Of a DNA stretch of 64,000 nt, positions 1 through 15,363 are shown piece by piece. The notes under the pieces were generated by a model that was given only the letters and a program-made list of their open reading frames with translations, was not told the origin of the DNA and did no database searches. This DNA comes from Paraspadella gotoi. Lineage: Eukaryota > Animalia > Chaetognatha. Both the position numbers and the translations under genes were made by a program. The stretch's first letter is position 1, and every line of letters starts with the position of its first letter. The DNA is taken from the NCBI GenBank assembly GCA_051294375.1, contig CM119263.1, forward strand, positions 3,804,785-3,868,784. The letters are read 5' to 3'.

Positions 1-43
1 AAAGGAAAAAGAAAAAAGTAGGAGAGAAGAGAGAAAGAGAGAA

Positions 44-207
<164 letters not shown>

Positions 208-1116
208 TCATTTCGTAAGTTTACTTACTCCCCTCAATTACTAAGTTCGGAAGTCACAAAAGTACATATTTGTATTATTTTGTTCTAATTCGTTTTATTT
301 TCAGTGTATTGTTTTAAACTCGTCACTTCGAGGTTTCAGCAGACAAACCACAGTTCTGGCCCCAGATCTCTATGCTCCCCCCGCTCCTCCTGCTCCCGCT
401 GCTTCCCCTGCTCCCCTTCTCCCCTGCTCTCCTGCTCCCGCTGCTTCCCCTTCTCCCCTGCTCCCCCTTCTCCCCTGCTACCCCTACTAACCTCTTCTCC
501 CCCTGCTCCCCCTGCTCCCGCCTGCCCCCTGCCTCCCTCTCTCCCCCTGCTCCCCCGCTCCCCCCCGCCTCTTTTGTTGGCTCTGGACTCCCGTTCCAAA
601 CGAACCAAGTTTAATTAGTTCGCCACCGCGTTTTTTCAAATATTTCCAGGTCATGAATATACATGTACGATAGGATTTCTTTTTTTTTTTTCAAGGTCTC
701 CCGTCCCACTGGTTCGTCGTTGTCGTTGTCTTTGTTGTTGTTGTTATGGGTTCATTGGTCTCCCGTTGATCGTTGCTCTACCGACTCGACTGTTGCTGAC
801 TGGTGTTGACAGGTGTTGACTGTTTACTTGAGTGCTGTGGAGAATTTTTTTTGGAAAACTTTTAGGTCGTGTTTCGCGATTCATTTTTTATTATTTTAAT
901 TTTTTAGGATGTTCTGCATGGAGATTATTTTTGTTGAGTGAGACCGAATGCCATCTGGAATCTTGTATACGTAATCAAAGAAACAACAACAACAACAACA
1001 AAACAAACAAACAACAACAACAACAACAACCGGTATAAGAGATGTAACCTTTGCCCGATGAATCCATTGATTGCCAATTTACAACCGTCTCTCTCTCCTC
1101 TTTCTCTCTCTTCTCT

Positions 1117-1193
<77 letters not shown>

Positions 1194-3094
1194 GCTCTTT
1201 ATTCCTCTCCAATTGATGTTTAGAATTCATCAACTTTAATTTCCGCGGAGAAATTCCGATGTCACGTTCACCGAAAATCCAAGACCTTTTGGCTAAGTTA
1301 TAATTAAGCAAATAAACTAAACAAATAAACAAATAATCAAATAAACAAATAAACAAATAATTATTTTACTTTTCTTTTCTTTTCTTTTCTTTTCTTTTCT
1401 TTTCTTTTCTTTTCTTTTCTTTTCTTTTCTTTTCTTTTCTTTTCTTTGCTTTTCTTTTTTTCTATTCTTTGCTTTTTTCTTTTCTTTTCTTTTCTTTTCT
1501 TTTCTTTTCTTTTCTTTTATTTTCTTTTCTTTTTTTCTTTTCTTTCTCCTCCTGTTGGAATGAAAAATCTTTAATTTTATTCACCTGAGAAGAGATAAGA
1601 GTCAAAGCAGCTTAGCGTCCTAGTCGTCCTCGTAGTCGTCGTCGTCGTCGTCGTCGTCGTCAACAAAGTGAAGCCAGTGGAAGAGAAAAAAGATAAGGCT
1701 GGTTTTTCCAACGATTTTCTAATTAGATCTTTCGTCGTGGTTGACGTCGTAGTCGTTGTCGTCGGCCACTTCGTCGTTGTCATCGTTTCCGTCATTGTCG
1801 TCGTCGTCGTTGTCGTCGTTGTTTCTTTGTCTTCGTCGTTGTCATTGGCGACGTAGACGTCGTCATCGTCGTCGTCGTCGTCGTCGTCAATCCCGCTCTT
1901 ATTAACGTCATTAAATGCTGACAACGACATCTTCGTCGTTGTCATTTTTGTCAGCCACCTCATTTTCGTCATCATAGTCGTCGGATATTTTAACCATTCT
2001 TTTCTATTACATCCTTCGAAAACGAGGCTCACATCCGGGGGAAGGAAAGGCCGTCGCGTGGGAGGCGCGTGACGTGAAAGTCTCCAGCGTGGGTGGCGGT
2101 TGTGGAGGTGGGATTGGTTGTGGTGTGGTGTGCTGTGGTGTGATATGGTTAGGTCTGGTTTGTCCATAATTGGTATATGAAAAAAGACAAAAGGGGAAAA
2201 CATGTGGAAAATAAAATGACAAAGGGAGGAAGAAAAATTGAATTGAAGAAAAGAAGAAGAAAAGAAACAAAAAAAGAAAAAAATAAAAGAAGTGAATTAA
2301 AAACAATAAGTGGATAAAGAAAGTAAAAAAGGGACAAAAAAGAGAAATAAAGTAAAGAAAAATAGAAATGAATACATAGATTAAATAAAGTTAAAGTTTG
2401 GGAAGGGACATGGAAAAAGAAAATAACCGACAAAGGTTAAGAGGGAAAAATTGAATTAAGTCCAATAAAATCAAGTAATTGTCAAAAAAAAAAAAACAAT
2501 TTCGAAGTACCATGAATTGCCATGAAATAGAAAAAAACCCCATGAATATGTCGAGATTTAATGGCATGGAATTTGCATGAAATTGACATTAAAAGGGCAA
2601 TAAACTGGTATGAACTGACATTGAAATCCTGATCGACCCTGGTTAGGGATTAAGTCGACGGCGAATAAAAACGATGTTGAAATCGAAATTTAAAATTCAG
2701 GTCGAAGAGGTGAAGTTTGCGTGGGCGTCGTCGTTGTTGTTGTTGTTGTCGTCGTTGTTGTTGTCATTGTCGTAATCATCCTATTTTTTGTTGTCGTCGT
2801 CATTGTTGTCGTTACTGTCGTCGTCGTCAAGGTCGTTGTCGCTTTCGTCGTCGTCGTCGTTGTTGTCATTTTGTTGTTTTCATCGTCTTCGTTGTCGTTT
2901 AGGTCGTTGTCATCATCGTCCACATTTATGTAATTGTCGTCATTGTTGACATCGTCATTGTCGTCATCATCATCGTCAATGACGTGGTCGTCATTTTCAT
3001 CATCGTCGTTATCGTCATCGTCGTCAAAATTACTGAAGCGTCTTGTCGACGACGACTGCAGGGCCAGCGAATCGTGACGAAGCCGGCGCCACGC

Positions 3095-3230
3095 TGGGCA
3101 CTGCAGCCAGGACTGCAGCCGAAAATTAAGCCGGGACTACAGTCGGGTCTGCAACCGGGACTGCGGACGGGACTGCACCCGAGACTGCAGCTGAGACTGC
3201 AGTCGAGACTGAACCCGGAACTGCAGCGGC
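3095..3230. repeat. 12-bp GC-rich tandem repeat (CTGCAGCCGGGA-like)
   Basis: About 11 degenerate units embedded in (GTC/GTT)n low-complexity DNA. Confidence 0.85.
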
Positions 3231-3339
3231 GCTGAGATGAAGTCGACCGGGCGAGGGCTCTCGTTGTAGTCGTCACAAAACTAAATAACTTACCACAACC
3301 TTAGGGCGTCCGTAAGTAAGCTTGCATATAATAAACAAA

Positions 3340-3623
3340 AACGGTAATTCCAATGTGTTTTACCCGCATTGACTTTATTTTCACGTGTATTTCGCTTTTA
3401 TCACATGATATGACATGACATGACATGACAAAAAAACTGTCTTTTACCGTGTATTTATGACGTGCACTGTATCAAAATTCCATCTTTTATTCCTTATAGT
3501 TTAAGGAATTCCTGAAGGCGGTGCGAGCAGTCCCGTATTTGAGGTTTTTTTTCTTTCTTAACAAATGAGCAACCAACTATAGGCAAACCGACAGACCGAC
3601 CGAAAAGCGACTTATATAGTTGC
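3340..3623 (+). repeat. second dispersed repeat family, copy 1
   Basis: ACGGTAATTCC.ATGTGTT...(GACAT)n...TGAGCAACCAACTATA...ACCGACCGAAAAG.GACTT; homologous to 29943-30250 and 51990-52270. Confidence 0.7.
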
Positions 3624-4838
3624 TAAAGTGGCGGTTTTATTATAATCGGAAAAAGACTTTGATTCTATTTCTAACAGCATTTTGGGTGATATAATAGAAT
3701 TTTTAAGAGATTGCGTTGACTCTAAAACACCAGAGTCACTTGAAATTAGATCACCCAAAATCATAAAAGGTTTTGTCACACAAAGTTGGGTCATTCAAGG
3801 ACACGTCATTTTAAGTTAAGTCACTCAAGGTTGCGTCATTCAAGATCACGTCACGCAAGGTTGCGTCATTCAAGGTCGTTGGTTGTAATATTACGTCTGT
3901 GAATACGAGATAAAAATCGTGAGACTTGGAATGAAAGGAAAGTTCTGATAAAGATCTTACTTTATTAGTGATGATTTATCAAATGATTCTGAGAGATAAA
4001 AGCGATATCACACAAGATTCAGGAAAAAATGGGGAAAAAAATATAACGTTTCATAAACTGTTACTTCAGCCAGTCTTCAAGANNNNNNNNNNCCCTATAG
4101 CCCTTAAGTTTTTCCAGACTGATTCATAATTCCGACTTTGCCCAAGTTTTAGAAATGAGTCCCCAAAGGGACTGATGATTGTAACGGGTGGAGGTCATGA
4201 TGTTGCTGACGTTTTAAAACGTTGAGACGTTCAAACTCTGTAAAGGCTTTGTATTTCAAAGAAACTCTAAAGTCTACCAAATCTTAAATATTCTAAAACA
4301 CGTTTCATAAAAGAATTTTGAATTAAAAAGAACTTTAACAATGGTTTAAAAACTTATTTTAAAAATCTGGGGCTTTAAATAAAGTTCGAAATAGTTATAA
4401 ATAAAAGAAAATAAAAAGATGAAAGCTTTCGATTATTTTAATGTCATCAAAGTAATTCCACAACTTTAAACATTCAAGACATCCTAAAGCGCAAAAATCT
4501 TAAAAAAACCGCTGACAAATATATATATTTCTTCCCGCGAAAAAAAATTACATGATCCGCCTGAACAACTACATCCCCCTGAAAAAAATCGTTCCTCGCC
4601 TTAAAAAACTCCATCCTTCTCTTAAAAAACTACATCATCTATAATGGGTCTCCAACTGTTGCTTTCCTCGAGACTCTTAAGCCTTTGTATTTGCTTTTCC
4701 TTCACAAACTTGTTACTTTTCCTTTTTTTTTTCTTTCTTTTTTTAATTTTTGTTCTTAAGAGACTCGCGATCCTTTTTGCTTTCCCGAAGGAGTGAGTCG
4801 AACATGAGAAGGATGAAAATTGGAAAGGAGACAAAACG

Positions 4839-4939
<101 letters not shown>

Positions 4940-5321
4940 TTTATCCCGGTTTCTTCCTCTTTGTGTCGAATTTGTTGTCCCTTAATGTCTCCCTAATCTC
5001 GAACTTTATCGAACGAAAAAAAAAATTCGAGAAATATGCAAATCTAATTCAGACGAAGAATAAAAAAAAAATCAAGATTTTTTAAATTCAGTTTACAAAA
5101 AGAAAAAAAAAAGAACAATTTTTTTAAATTTTTTAATCTCGAGAACCAAAAAATTCTCCCGTCGTTTCGTTGGCATCCGAAAAATGAGGCGCTCGGCTCA
5201 TGCAGCGGCATCTATCGGCATTTGTCGGCATCTGTTGGCATCTGCGGCCATCTTTCTTTTCGAAAACCGATTCAGTCGGAAAACTTCTAGTATCGGACGA
5301 TTCGAATGGAGAGAGAGAGAG

Positions 5322-5366
<45 letters not shown>

Positions 5367-7602
5367 GGCTAAATTAAGCTGACGTCGTGTTCTTTATTCA
5401 ATTTTGTTGTAAAAAAATCCAATTTTGTTAATAAACGTACGTAACGTCGTATCGATAATTTTGCTAATTGATCAATTAATGAGCTTTTGTACATAGTATA
5501 TTTATATGAACATTCTCTTGAACTTGGAAGCACGTTTTAATCTGTATCTCTTAAACTTTAAGCGATTTGTAATGATATAGAATAATTGAATCGACACTCG
5601 ACTGTAGACGACAAAGCGAAAGATTATATCGTCAGGAAACTGGAAAGAATGAAAACAAAATGTGTGACAGTAACGATAGTAGTGACAGGACTCGTGATAC
5701 AACGTGACACGACGTGACAGGACGTGACAGGTCTAGTAACCGGAAGTAATAAAGTCGTTGAAGCAGACAATTGGCGAATTTCCAGGTTTGGAGGGAAGGT
5801 GGAGGAGGAGAAAGAGGATTAAGTGGAAGGAAGTAATAATAAGAAAGGAAAGATAGAAAGAAGAAAGGAGAAAAAAAGAAAAGAGAGAAAAAAGAAGAAA
5901 GAAAAAGGAGAGATAATGAGAAAGGGAAAAAAGGAAAGATAAAAAAGACAGAAAGGAAGAAAGGAACCAAAAAAATTAAGGATGGAAAGGGGAGAAAAAA
6001 GGAATAAGAAAAAGGAAAGATAATGAGAAAGAAAAGAAATGAAAGAAAGAAAGGAACAAAAAAAGGAAGGAAGAAAGGCAAAGGGAGAAAAGGAAATAGA
6101 AAAGGGAAAGATAATGAGAAAGGAAAGAAAAGAAAGAGAAGATATAAAGAAAAGAATGGAGGAAACAAAAAAAAATAAGGAAGGAAAAAAGAGGAAAACA
6201 GTTGTTTTGTTTTGTTTCTTTTTAGTCTTTTCGACATTTTTTAATCTTCGTATATTCCTAATACATCGCGATCTGTATTCACCTTCATCTCGTGTTGACT
6301 TTCACTCACCTTAATTCTGTTGGGAATTTCTGACTCACGACAGATTCCATTAGTTGCGACCAAATCAGCCACAGGCCTTGGATTTCATCCCCTTTCCTCA
6401 GCACCTTAGGTCTGGCAGAATCTACTGCGGAGGAGAAGTGGCACTATTGCTCACTTTATTGATAACTGGCATGGAGAATAACAGTGTTACCAGTTGTCAC
6501 TACCACTAACATAACTGGTATGAGAAAGACGCGAAAGTATTAAATAAATCCTATGGGTCCTTTTATCCCAAAACTCCCCATTTCATCCTGAATTCGGAAT
6601 TAAATTCGATTTTTGGTTTAAAGATTAAGTTAGAGATTAGGGTTTGGAATTAGGATAGGGATTGGGTTAAGCGGATTAGGGATCAGGTCAGTGATTAGAG
6701 TTAGGGATTAGGGCTAGGGTTTAGGGTAAAAGATCAAGAATTTAATTAGGTTAGATCATGGATAAATACCATTAATAAAATAAAGTTATAAAAATTAAAG
6801 AACAGAAATTGGGCACGTATGGAAAAGAGAGCCCTTTATCGCCATCCCCCACCAATCGGCTGCAAAAAAAACAACATTTTATCACCGGATCTGGCAAAGG
6901 GTGAAAAAGTCTTTCCCCTCCCTCTTTTTGCCCCAAGTCAATCTCCCGCGCTCTTTTTTGGCAGCAGAGAAAATTTTATGACTTCCTTCTACCACCCTAG
7001 CGCCACCTCTTCCACCGCCGCATCCACTCCCCCCATATTCTGGCGCCAAACTCAAGCTTTATCTTCCCTCCTTTCGCTCCTGCCGCTCCTGTCGCGTCTC
7101 CTGCGCCTGCCGCGGCTGCTGCCAACCCGGTCGTCGGGATCGAACATAAATCGAAGACCAATTCGAAGTTTTATCTCACGAGTTTTCGGTCGATCGATTT
7201 TTGGGTGAGTTTTGGTTTGAGTGGGTGAGTGAATGAATGAATGAATTGAATAATTGAATGAATGAATGAATGAATGAATAAATAAATGAATTGATTATTG
7301 AATGATTGATTGAATTAATAAATAAATAGATTAATGAAGGATTGACTGAATGAATGAATGAATGAATGAATGAATGAATGAATGAATGAATGAATGAATG
7401 AATGAATGAATGAATCTATGAATCAATCAATCAATCAATCAATAAAACAATCAATCAATAAATCAATAAATCAATAAATCAATCAATCGATAAATCAATC
7501 AATGATTAAATAAATGAAAGACGCAGTGAATGAATGATTTTACAACACAGTCGTATTACTTGAAGCAGTTAATTGTACTTCAAACTATTTTATAGTACTT
7601 TG

Positions 7603-7662
<60 letters not shown>

Positions 7663-8588
7663 GAGAGACATCCAGACAGAGGGAGATATAAAATTTTTAC
7701 AGTTTGGCCAAAAGGAAATGATCCGGATGACCTCGCGACTTCTTTCTCTCTAGGCGACGATAGATTTTTGCACCACTAATATATATATATATCGTATATA
7801 ATGTTGTATTTTGTATGTTTTATATTATGTATATATTTTTTTATCATGTATAATACATTGTATATAAGGTTTATTGTATATTAAAGAGGGATTTTTAAAT
7901 AGTTCATTTTTTCTAAGTAGTAAGTATTTTAATTTTTCAGAAGATTAGACAAAACTTCCTTAACTTTAAACGTTCAACGGAACTATAAAAAAAAACACAA
8001 CACATAAGAGTCAGCAAATATAACTATTCTTTCCATTTAATTATTCCCTTTTCTTGTGACACGTCGGTTCCAATAAATCACAGAGTGAACTCCGTTTGTT
8101 TTCACAAAATGTATTTTGTGTTTCTCAATATGAAATTGGGTAAAGTTGTTAAAACACGAGTATAATTTTCTGTTTTTCCCTATTTATCTTTGATACTAAA
8201 CTAGTATGTATTAAAAAAAAAATTTGAGGGAAAATTTGAACAAAAGTAAAAAAAAATGCTTAAAAATACTATTAAACAAAAAAAATGGGCCAAATATTTC
8301 ACAAATTTTTCCGGTAATTCGCGAAGTGTGACTCTGGTTTGATTTACTATTCCTATCAAGACGTCGTCGCCGTCGGACTAGAAAACAACGCGCGCCCTCT
8401 TCCGCGTCTTTCTCGCGCCAAAGAGGCTTTTGTTTTGATTCGCTGCGAAAATAAAGGTTGGATGAGAGGGAGAGAGAGAGGGGGAGAGAGAGAGAGAAAG
8501 AGAGAGGGGGAGAGGGAGAGAGAAGAGAGAGATGGAGAGAGAAAGAGAGATAGAGAGAAAGAGAGAGAGAGAGAGACAAAGAGAGAGA

Positions 8589-8633
<45 letters not shown>

Positions 8634-9569
8634 GCAAAGTAAAAAAGAGATAAAGAGAAAGAAAAAGAAAAAAAGAGAGAGATGGAGAGATAGAGAGAGA
8701 GACGATTGGGCGGCGCCATCTTGCGCGGAATTTGGCGAGTGACTGAGAGAGAAAAAAATGGAGAGGGATTAAGTGGTTTTGTCAGAAGGAAGTAAGACTG
8801 GGTAAGGCAATTCCATATGGCAACAAAAACAGAAAGGCGATTTAAAGGTAAGGTTGGGACTTAACTCGGAAAAGAAATGATAAGTTGTGCACCAATAAAA
8901 GGAAAGGATAAAAAAGAAATAAAATAAAATAAAATAAATATATAGTAAAGAAAAAAAGGATCTTTATCAGAATTCTGGGCGAGTAAGGGTAAGTGTTTGA
9001 TAGACTGTTAATCCCAAATGGTGAACGTACGGGCATATTTTAAAAAAAATTTCCCATTTCAGTTTAAATTCAGGATAAATTTAGGTGAGGTTTAGGTATT
9101 AGGGTTAAGGACTAGGGTTTAAAACAATTTCTTTGATTTGGAACAGAAATGAGAAAGTTTCGGAAAATAATGCCGAAAATAACAACGCAGATAAACAAAA
9201 TCCTCTGCCAAAAAGTAAAGGGATAACAAATGGGGCAACGATGCAAAATTCGCATAATTTGACAGGAAGGAAACGATTGGCTCAGAAGTCAGACCGATTC
9301 CATCTGGGAATAAAGAAAAAGGAATTTCATATGGGAAAAAAAATCTTGACTGAAATCTGAGAAGAGAATTTTCTTTTTTTTAGAGAAAGAGATGATACGG
9401 GAAGACGACTGTGGAAGGTTGGTCTTGAAGAGGTGCTGCAAATGGGCTGCAGACGCTGCAGATCCAATAGCGACAGTCTGATGTTTTTACTTTCAATTTT
9501 TCTTTTTTTCATTAAAATTTTGGAATCTAAGAGCCAGAAATTATGGACGACAAAAAAGGAGAGAGAGAG

Positions 9570-9638
<69 letters not shown>

Positions 9639-12600
9639 TAAGGAGAAAAAGAGTTATGACAAATGAAAGGAAGAAAAAAAAATGAAATGAAAATTCACTT
9701 TTGTGGGAGAAAAGGAATGAATAGGAAACGAGGCTCCTGTGGTGTGACTTATGGTGACGAGGATTTTGTAATGAATCAAACATGAGACGATATGCGGCGC
9801 AAGGTGTAAAGATAAAGGCGCCACGTATGCTGGAGGGTCTAGCGCCGTTACATAACCAATGGTTAGGTATGGCGCCTAGCGTGGGGTGGTTAAGACAATA
9901 GGCATTGTGAGAATCATAGTACTAAACATAGTTCCGGGCATGATGTGATGAGATGTGAAGTGATGTGAACTGTGATGTATGAAAGTATGGCACCATGTAT
10001 GATGAAGATAGAGCGACGTCGAGTCCAGATTCAATTTTTTGGGTGAATTTAATTTTTTTTTCCACGTTGAACGAAAATTCCTATTTTTTGAATAAAGAAT
10101 GTTTGTGGCTTTTAGGAGCTCGATTCTTGTATTGGCGATCGTCGACGTAGGGGAGAGACGGCTCAACGTCCGACGGCTGAAATTGCGAATATCTGGGTCT
10201 GACGTGTCCCTGTTTCCCGATCGAGAGTCGCGTCGACGAATAATTTGAAGAAGAAGAAAAGGGGTTGGCGTCGAGGATATCTGAGTTCGTTTGCTTAACG
10301 TTTGATTTGAAATTTTGTATAGAATCCTTGTTGCCTCGTTTAAACGTTTATTTTTTAACTTGTTTTAAATCATTTTAACTCGTTTGTTATAAACTGGACC
10401 GTTTTAATTCCTCGTCTTTAACAAATGGAAATAAACATTTAAAAAAATTTTCAATCGTCGATTACAAAAGGCAGCCAAATGAACCAATTCTATTAACTTG
10501 CTCCTTTTATACTGTAGATTAAAAACAGTTATAGGATTTTTAAAATACTACAACTATTATTTGATAAGCCCTAATTTTGAATTTTTTCTCTAATAAGAGT
10601 ATAATTTGCAAATTTTCATAAATATATAAATATTTGTAATACATAGCTCGTATTCATATTATTTTTCCAGTGTTTTTCAATCGACCAGTTTATTAGAGAA
10701 AAAGCAAGAAAAAGTAGGAAAGATCAAGATTAAGCAAAAAAAAAAATCTTGATAAAAAAACGTGGATTAATAATTAATTTCGTTGTCACGAGGAGAAACT
10801 GAGATCCGTTTTCGGTTTAACGAATTTAATTCTTTGTTCAATTGATATCACTTCGAAAAAAAAACCGCACGCAACCGTTGACTACGTGCATTGCACGCAA
10901 AACGCACGCTCTTGGTCGTCAGAGAATTCAAATCCTTCCATTCTGATCCTTCGCAATTTTTAGAGCAAAACATCCAACAACGACAACAACAACAAAAAAA
11001 ATTCCGCCTCTTTGTTGTCGTTTTGTTTTCGCATCAATGTCCTTCTTCTGCCGACGCCAGCGACAATACACGCAACGAGCGATATTGGTCTCTCTCTATC
11101 TCTTGAGCCGACAATCGAGACACGTCGCCTCCTTTATTTACCGACGCACGTGTTTTCTCTATTTAGCCGACGCGCGATTCCACGATCAAAGGAAAAATAA
11201 TTGGGGGGGGAAAGGAGAAAAAAAAGGAGGCGCCATCGACGTCGACGAGAACGACGACGACGACGATAACGACGACGACGATAACGACGACGACGATAAC
11301 GACGACGACGAGAACGACGACGACGATGATGGTGATGGAAAGAAGAAAACCGGAAACGAAGGAAACGCTCGCAGTCGCGCGTCTTGTGACTGCGCGAAGA
11401 GAGGTAGGCGCGGTCTGGAGTCGTGGAGGAAGGAGAACGCGGGGGAGGGAAAAGAGGAAGGAGAACGCTGGGGGAGGGAAGGAAGAGAACATTGGGAATG
11501 AGGATGGAAGGAGAACGTAGGGGAGGAAGGGGGGAAGGAGAACAAAGGGAATGGAAGGAAGATAACATGGGAAAGGAAGATGGAAGGAGAACGTAGGGAA
11601 GGAAAGGAGGAAGGAGAACCAGGGGGATGAAAGGTGGAAAGAGAACGTAGGGGAGGAAGGAGAACCAGGGGAGCAAGGAAAAAAGGAGAACGCGGCGACC
11701 GAAGGGAGATAGAAGAACGTGGGGGAGGAAGGGATGAATGGTGGAATGAGAACGAAGGGAGGATATAAGAGAAAGGAAAAGGAGAGGAAAGGAGGAAGGG
11801 AGGAAGAAAAAAAGAGAACGTGTGGAGGAAGGAAAACGCAGGAAAGAGAATGCGAAGGAGGAAGGAGAACGAGGGGGAGAAAAAGGAGGAAGGAGAACGA
11901 GGGTGTTAAATTGATACCCAAAGGTATTTTTTTTTAATTTTATTAATAACAAAAACGATATTAACATAATTGAATACAAACACAAGTAACAGAATCAATA
12001 ACAAATAAAAACTACACTGATAAAAATATTTAAAAACATGAGGACAGCCGTAAACCGAATTGGGGTGTGGAAAACCCTCAAGCCTGGTTTCAAACCCAGG
12101 TCTCGTTCATGTCTGCTAGAGTGGTTAAAGAAGTTGCAGATGGCACTCTTTAGCCAACTTTACCCCACTTTACGTTTTATTCACATGCGTTGATTCCAAG
12201 TGACTTTCTTAACACATGTTCGATACGAACAGCATAGGAATTCTTTTTTTTTCTCCTTATATTCAATTTCTTGAAAACCAAAGTTAGCGCAAGCAGTCCC
12301 TCAGACTGAGGCTGAGGCTCAGTTTTAAGGTTCACAAAAAGAACAAAACAGCAACCAAATATAAGCGGCAATCGATTTTCATGGTAAACATGTGACTTCA
12401 TTAGTATTATAGTATATATGCAGTTATGCACGTTAAAGGTCTTATGGTACTTTACCTTCCCACTGTAGTCGGGCATTGCATAAGTTAACCCCGACTATAT
12501 TATAAGCATGACACCTTCAGTCGTGACCCGGTGGCTCATTGAGTAAAGCCTAAATCCATCAGCCAGTAACTTATGGAATGACCGATTACAATACGAGAAT

Positions 12601-13370
12601 TAACTTCGTTTTAAAAGTGAAAAGACGAAGACGGAAAATAAATTTAGAATAAAAAATTGATAAATAATTAACTGCTAAGAAAAAGAAAGATTTAAAAAGA
12701 TTAAGAGGAAAAAATAAGAGGAGAATAAAAATGGTTTTTGAGGAAAAAGAGGAATCTGTGAAAAAAAATGGAAGATAAATGGAACAAAAATGAAAAAAAA
12801 GAAAAAAAATTTAAAATGAAACAAAAAAAAAAGGTTAAAAAATATAATGTGGGGCGAGAGAAAAAAGAATAGAGAAAGATGAGAAAAAAAAGGGAGGAAA
12901 AAAGAGAAAGGGAGAAAATATGGATGAGGAGAAAAGAAAAATTAAAAAAACAACTAAAGATAAAATAAAAGTATTGAAAGGAAAATATTTAGGAGGAAGT
13001 ATACAAAAAATGGAGGAAAAGAAAAAAAGGAAAGGAAGAAGAAAATGTGGAAGAGAAGAAAAAAAATTGAGGAGAAAAAAAAGGGAAATTTGAAAAGAAG
13101 ATGGAGGAGGAGGAGGAGGAAGAGAAGGAAAATGAAAGAAAAAAGGGAGGAGAGAGAAATAAAATGAAGGAGAGGGAAAGAAAATGAGGGAGGAAATATA
13201 AAAAATTAGGAAGGGAAAAGAAAATAAAAGAAGGAAGATAGAAAAGAATGGAGGAAAAATGGAGAAGGAAAGAAGAAAAAAAGGGAGGAAGATATTGAGA
13301 GTCTTCGAGGAAAACATATAAAGACGAGGCGAAATTGCGGGTAATCAATTCCGAGGCAGAGATTGACGCG

Positions 13371-13411
<41 letters not shown>

Positions 13412-13779
13412 AGTTTAAAATTTTATATAGCCTGTTCTGTTTATCTCTATTTATTTTTTTTTTCTAAAGGCCGTAACCACTCATAGCTAGATAGGTTACC
13501 TAACAACTAAACGTATAATTATTAATTATTATTAATAAAAAATAAGATTAATTTGAAATTGGAAACTTCTACAATGGAAACGTTCTCTTTATCTACTCTA
13601 TCGCTATTTACACGATCATTTTTTATAAAAATTCAGCTTCATGAAAAAAATTCCATATTTTTTCTCTTTTTAAACGAAAAATTAGAAATTTTAAACTTAG
13701 TTTTAAATCTTCGTAATAAGTAGTAAAATTACAACACAGACGTTTCTCTTTGAATGAAAGAAGAAGAAGATTTGTAGTT

Positions 13780-14176
13780 CTATTTTTCTGCCGGGGGGAA
13801 AAGCAAGTAGTCCGTAAATTCTGCAAGAAAAAAAAATTAAAAGAATCACAGCTAGTCTAAAAATGTATTTCAGTGATTTCTCGTTTTTAGACTCACGCTG
13901 CAGAGTGACATGTCCCTCTTCTTCGGCTCCCAAATCCTTCAGGATTTTATCAGTTGTGATGTGCTGGATATTTTGCTGTCGAAAATTGACAACGAATCAA
14001 ATCAACTATTTCGTTTAACTATTTAGAACTAAAACCTTTAATTCGACAACCTAACAACCTCACAACCTCACGTGTAACACGCATATTTTCAAAAAATTCG
14101 CAGAATAATTAAATTCGTATTTCTGACTATTTTTTTTCTCTCACAATAAATAACCACGACACTTTTTTATAAATAA

Positions 14177-14220
<44 letters not shown>

Positions 14221-15363
14221 AGTTAGCAAAATAGCAAATTCAAGCTTACACATCGCGCAACGCTCACTCATGAACGATTCTAATATTAGATACTTCGCTC
14301 GTGAGCTAATATCAGTTTATTGTATTATATATTGCTAAGGATGTAGGATGTAGGATGATATCAATATTCACTTGCAAAAACCGTTTTTAAATTTCTAAAA
14401 TGGTTGAGGTAAGAGGATAAGTTTCAGCAGCATTTATTTTTTAACTAAGGATCTTGAAAAGTTTTAAGCGAGGCCAATCACCTCGTCTTAAACTCACTGA
14501 AAACTTGATCCTTGAACTTACCTCCTCGATAAACTTACCTCCTCTATAAACTTGTCCAATTCTTCCCTTTCGATCAATTTGTCGCCGTCTTCGTCGACAT
14601 AGGAAAGACATTCCGAGTGCGACATTCTCGCTTTCATGAAACAGACATACATAAAATCGAGAAATTCGGCTTTGGTGATAGTTCCGCTATCGTCCTTGTC
14701 ACATCTGGCGGCAGAATGGGGGGACAAGGGGGGCGACAAGGTGTGGTGAAAATACTCGTGAAAGTTGCGGCTTGTGCTGATCTTGTACGAGATTTTCGGT
14801 TTGCTCGCATTTTGGAATCATAGTATGTTAATATTTTCACAAATCTGAGAAACCATCAAACAGTAGGCGTCACTCTTATTTTTTTTTTAAATATGTCAAT
14901 CAATCGATATCCAATTATCCTTATATATCTTTAAATACCTAAGTCTAATCATCGTTCTTCTCTGCTAACTATTCTACTGTATTAGCAATATTAGTCAGTA
15001 GCAACAAATTACCGTTGGCCAAGAGTTAGTTCGGAAATGCGAGCAATCAACCGCGACGGCACCATAAGAAATTTTGCAAGACACCACGCGTTAAAAAATG
15101 ATAAATGGTTAGTCTATAAAAAAAAGGGATGTTTAATGCCAATTAGATTCTAACTAATAAAACAAATAAATAAACTAAACTTACGCATCGAAAGTGCCAG
15201 CGACATCTTCTTCAGTCAAATCTGATCCATCTCCCAAAATGGCTTCTTTGAGTTCCTTCAAGGAGACGTTGTCAGATCCGTCGGCGTCCAAAGCGTCAAA
15301 CGTCGCAGAGTAACTTTCCTTCAACTCTGCCGGAAGACGATCGCTACTCCCCTCGCTCGGCGT
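13780..15363 (-). CDS. EF-hand calcium-binding protein, calmodulin-like (paralog A; first exon not located)
   Basis: GT-AG exons 15363-15185, 14704-14539, 13975-13897, 13820-13780 join in frame (465 nt): TPSEGSSDRLPAELKESYSATFDALDADGSDNVSLKE...CDKDDSGTITKAE...VDEDGDKLIEREE...LGAEEEGHVTLQQFTDYLLFPPAEK*. Three EF loops are recognisable and the fourth is degenerate. Confidence 0.88.

Noticed and set aside
925-1356. RERE/SLSL, poly-F/I/M/N and poly-T/V ORFs throughout the ORF track
   Set aside because: Translations of (GA)n, (ATT)n, (ATG)n, (GTC)n and purine-rich tracts with no splice or domain support.
1577-2203. Asp/Thr-rich protein-coding exon
   Set aside because: Dominated by (GAC/AAC)n repeats, with no linkable exons or domain; not called.
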